From the NCBI GenBank assembly GCA_977020255.1, contig CDROCS010001143.1, positions 186,001 to 250,000 on the forward strand: a DNA stretch of 64,000 nt. Direction: 5' to 3'. Positions within the stretch are counted from its first letter, which is position 1, and each line of letters opens with the position of its first letter. The notes under the pieces are model-generated. The model was not told where the DNA came from and made no database searches. It saw nothing but the letters and a program-made list of their open reading frames with translations. The position numbers and the translations under genes are program-made. Positions 61,753-64,000 of this stretch are shown here, in pieces. Source of the DNA: Obrimoposthia wandeli (lineage: Eukaryota).

Positions 61753-63402
61753 TTAACTAGTACAGGTATTTTCAGGCAATGCAAACCAACGCAACTCTTC
61801 TGCCGCGGCACTTAGCTTTAGTGGCTCTGAAATATTATTAGCTTGTGCTGCCATTAATATCTGCTGCGCTTGCACTAGATAAGTGGTTAAATCATTACTG
61901 CTAACACTTTGGGGCGCTCCCTTAGATAACACTGCAGGATCCAACAAATCATCTAGTGTTAAAGTACTAACAGTACCTCCACCTACATATTCCCAAGTAC
62001 CTAGCTTTTGATTGAATTGGTAACTCGCCAGTAAACGCCAGCCATGTTCAGCAACCAAAGTTAAAGCACCTATAATATATTCGAATGTTTGCTCATCAAT
62101 AAAATAGTTAAAGTTCAAGCGTGTCCAACCCGGTCTTAGCACCATAAAACCTTCGTGCAACTGCCCTTCTATTGCCAAGCTATCTGCAATTGATAAGTCC
62201 AATAACTCATGCCCATAAGGTCCTGCACACGAGCAACCACCACGCGCTTGGATACCAAAAACATCATTGAGTAACGCCACTACAAAACCGTAGTGTAGTA
62301 CTGAATTGTTATGTTTAATATTAAATGACAATATCGATAAACGTTTAGCGTTTGTGCCGCCTAATATTTCAAAATTATCTAATTTAGATAACTGCTGCAT
62401 AGCGCGTTGAATGTAACCATGTTCCAACGACTCTATTTTTTCGGTGCCTATTTGTTGCTGTAAGTTAAAGACTAACCCTGCACGAATGGATTCAACAATG
62501 CTCGGTGTTCCCCCCTCCTCGCGACGCTCAATATTATCGATAAATGTATGCGTTTCTGGCGTGACGAACATTACGGTGCCACCGCCAGGTATTGCCGGAA
62601 CTGAGTTATGTAAATAGTCACCATTGACCACTAAAAGGCCTGGCGTACCTGGCCCACCAATAAATTTATGCGTCGAAATAAACACGGCATCTAGCTCATC
62701 GCCTTGCATATCTATTCCAACGTAAGGAGCAGCTGCTGCATAATCCCAGCAAGACATAGCACTGTATTTATGTAGTAAAGTTGATATTTTCTTCACATCT
62801 GTTTTGAGCCCTGTGACATTTGATGCTGCAGAAAAACTGCCGATTAACCGAACTCGATCTTGGTATTTTTGTAGCTGCTGCTCTAAATACACGGTATCTA
62901 TCATGCCCTCGGCATTTAATGGAATTGTCACCAACGTAGCGATGCTTTCGCGCCAAGGTAACTCGTTCGAATGATGCTCATAGGGGCCAATGAAAACCAC
63001 TGGCTTATCTGCTTCTTCAATTTGAGATTCAAACTTATACTGCGCATTAAGCTCTGCGGGGATGCGCATGTTCAACATATCAATCAGTTTATTAATCGCG
63101 GCGGTTGCACCTGATCCAGCAAAGATTACTTTATGCTTTTCTCCGGTGTTTAGTGCGCTGTGAATAGCAGCTCTTGCTTGTTCTCGATACTGAGTACTTT
63201 GCTTACCCGTATAAGAAGTTTCTGAATGAGTGTTAGCATAAAAAGGCAATACATGCTGACTAATCGCTTGTTCTATAAAGGTTAATGAGCGCCCTGATGC
63301 AGTGTAATCAGCATAAACCATTGGCTTACTACCAAATACAGTATTGAACAACATGCCATCACCGATGACACTTGCGCGGATTTTCTCTATAGTTACAGTC
63401 AT
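61753..63402 (-). CDS. Class V PLP enzyme (SufS/cysteine desulfurase-like, extended)
   Basis: YADYTASG, YANTH, HHSN, DYAAAAPY, STHKFIGGPG (PLP Lys), EGGTP and RGGCSCAG motifs. Confidence 0.88.
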   Translation of the reverse strand: MTVTIEKIRASVIGDGMLFNTVFGSKPMVYADYTASGRSLTFIEQAISQHVLPFYANTHSETSYTGKQSTQYREQARAAIHSALNTGEKHKVIFAGSGATAAINKLIDMLNMRIPAELNAQYKFESQIEEADKPVVFIGPYEHHSNELPWRESIATLVTIPLNAEGMIDTVYLEQQLQKYQDRVRLIGSFSAASNVTGLKTDVKKISTLLHKYSAMSCWDYAAAAPYVGIDMQGDELDAVFISTHKFIGGPGTPGLLVVNGDYLHNSVPAIPGGGTVMFVTPETHTFIDNIERREEGGTPSIVESIRAGLVFNLQQQIGTEKIESLEHGYIQRAMQQLSKLDNFEILGGTNAKRLSILSFNIKHNNSVLHYGFVVALLNDVFGIQARGGCSCAGPYGHELLDLSIADSLAIEGQLHEGFMVLRPGWTRLNFNYFIDEQTFEYIIGALTLVAEHGWRLLASYQFNQKLGTWEYVGGGTVSTLTLDDLLDPAVLSKGAPQSVSSNDLTTYLVQAQQILMAAQANNISEPLKLSAAAEELRWFALPENTCTS

Positions 63403-63577
63403 GCTGCTCTCCTAAATCATCTTGTTTATATACACCTAGTATAGCTTGTTAATACAGAAACATTATTTTAAATAAGCAACTCAAAAAAGAAAATTACAGA
63501 ACAATGTTTCTTTTTTTTATACTATAATGAAACATTAATGCTTATTTTATCATTTAATATAAACGAGACTGTAAATC

Positions 63578-64000
63578 ATGGACAAAGTAGACATTGCCAT
63601 TTTAGATTCAATGCAACATGACGACACGCTCTCTGTTGCTCAAGTTGCTGATAAAGTGAATATCTCTAAAACCGCATGCTGGCGCAGAATACAAAAGCTG
63701 ATGTCGAACAATGTAATCAATTCTCGGGTCGCGCTGTTAACACCTGCTGCAGTCAATCTACCACTTTCGGTCTTTATTTCTGTGCGAACCAACAAACATA
63801 ACGATGAATGGGTACAGCAGTTTAGAGAAGTGATAGGGCAGTTACCGCAAATTTTAGAAGTATATCGTATGAGTGGTGATTTAGATTATCTGCTCAAAGC
63901 CGTGGTGACTGACATGCCAGATTACGATAAATTATATCGACAATTAATAAAGGCTGATATCTTTGATGTAAGCTCCAGTTTTGTAATGGAAGAACTTAAA
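63578..64000 (+). CDS. Lrp/AsnC family regulator, DecR-like (3'-truncated by window edge; not in ORF track)
   Basis: My translation: MDKVDIAILDSMQHD..VNISKTACWRRIQKL..SVRTNKHNDEW..YRMSGDLDYLLKAVV.DM..YD..Y..LI....FDVSSSFVMEELK. Confidence 0.9.
   Translation, partial: MDKVDIAILDSMQHDDTLSVAQVADKVNISKTACWRRIQKLMSNNVINSRVALLTPAAVNLPLSVFISVRTNKHNDEWVQQFREVIGQLPQILEVYRMSGDLDYLLKAVVTDMPDYDKLYRQLIKADIFDVSSSFVMEELK

Overview
AT-rich gammaproteobacterial chromosome segment. The ctpA-envC-gpmI / rhodanese-grxC-secB / trmL-ntrC-ntrB-glnA / typA order suggests a Pseudomonadales/Oceanospirillales-like organism (inference). Mostly core genes: cysN 3' end, rnf/rsxABCDGE, a REC-CheC + PAS-GGDEF pair, nrdAB-yfaE with tandem NrdR boxes, tRNA-Tyr, kdsA, yibQ/ctpA/envC/gpmI, secB, glnA-ntrBC with a sigma54 promoter and NtrC boxes, typA, ybdL-yafV, rnpB, rsmI-lpoA-yraN-gmhA/diaA-dolP, acpH and an RND tripartite pump. 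The most interesting part is a cyanophycin locus: cyanophycinase, a full CphA, and a second CphA paralog that keeps the N-terminal and Mur-ligase domains but lacks the ATP-grasp core. A 161-bp MITE-like element separates the two synthetase genes, overlaps the cphA stop codon and can pair with the paralog's RBS. Other highlights: two families of short inverted-repeat elements (two copies each), an RnfC tail with exact 90-aa periodic repeats, a pseudokinase-TM-FGE protein, a probable integrase remnant right after rnpB, a stand-alone eukaryote-type HisA, and a DecR-like regulator divergent from a SufS-like PLP enzyme. All calls come from reading motifs by eye; no database searches were run.
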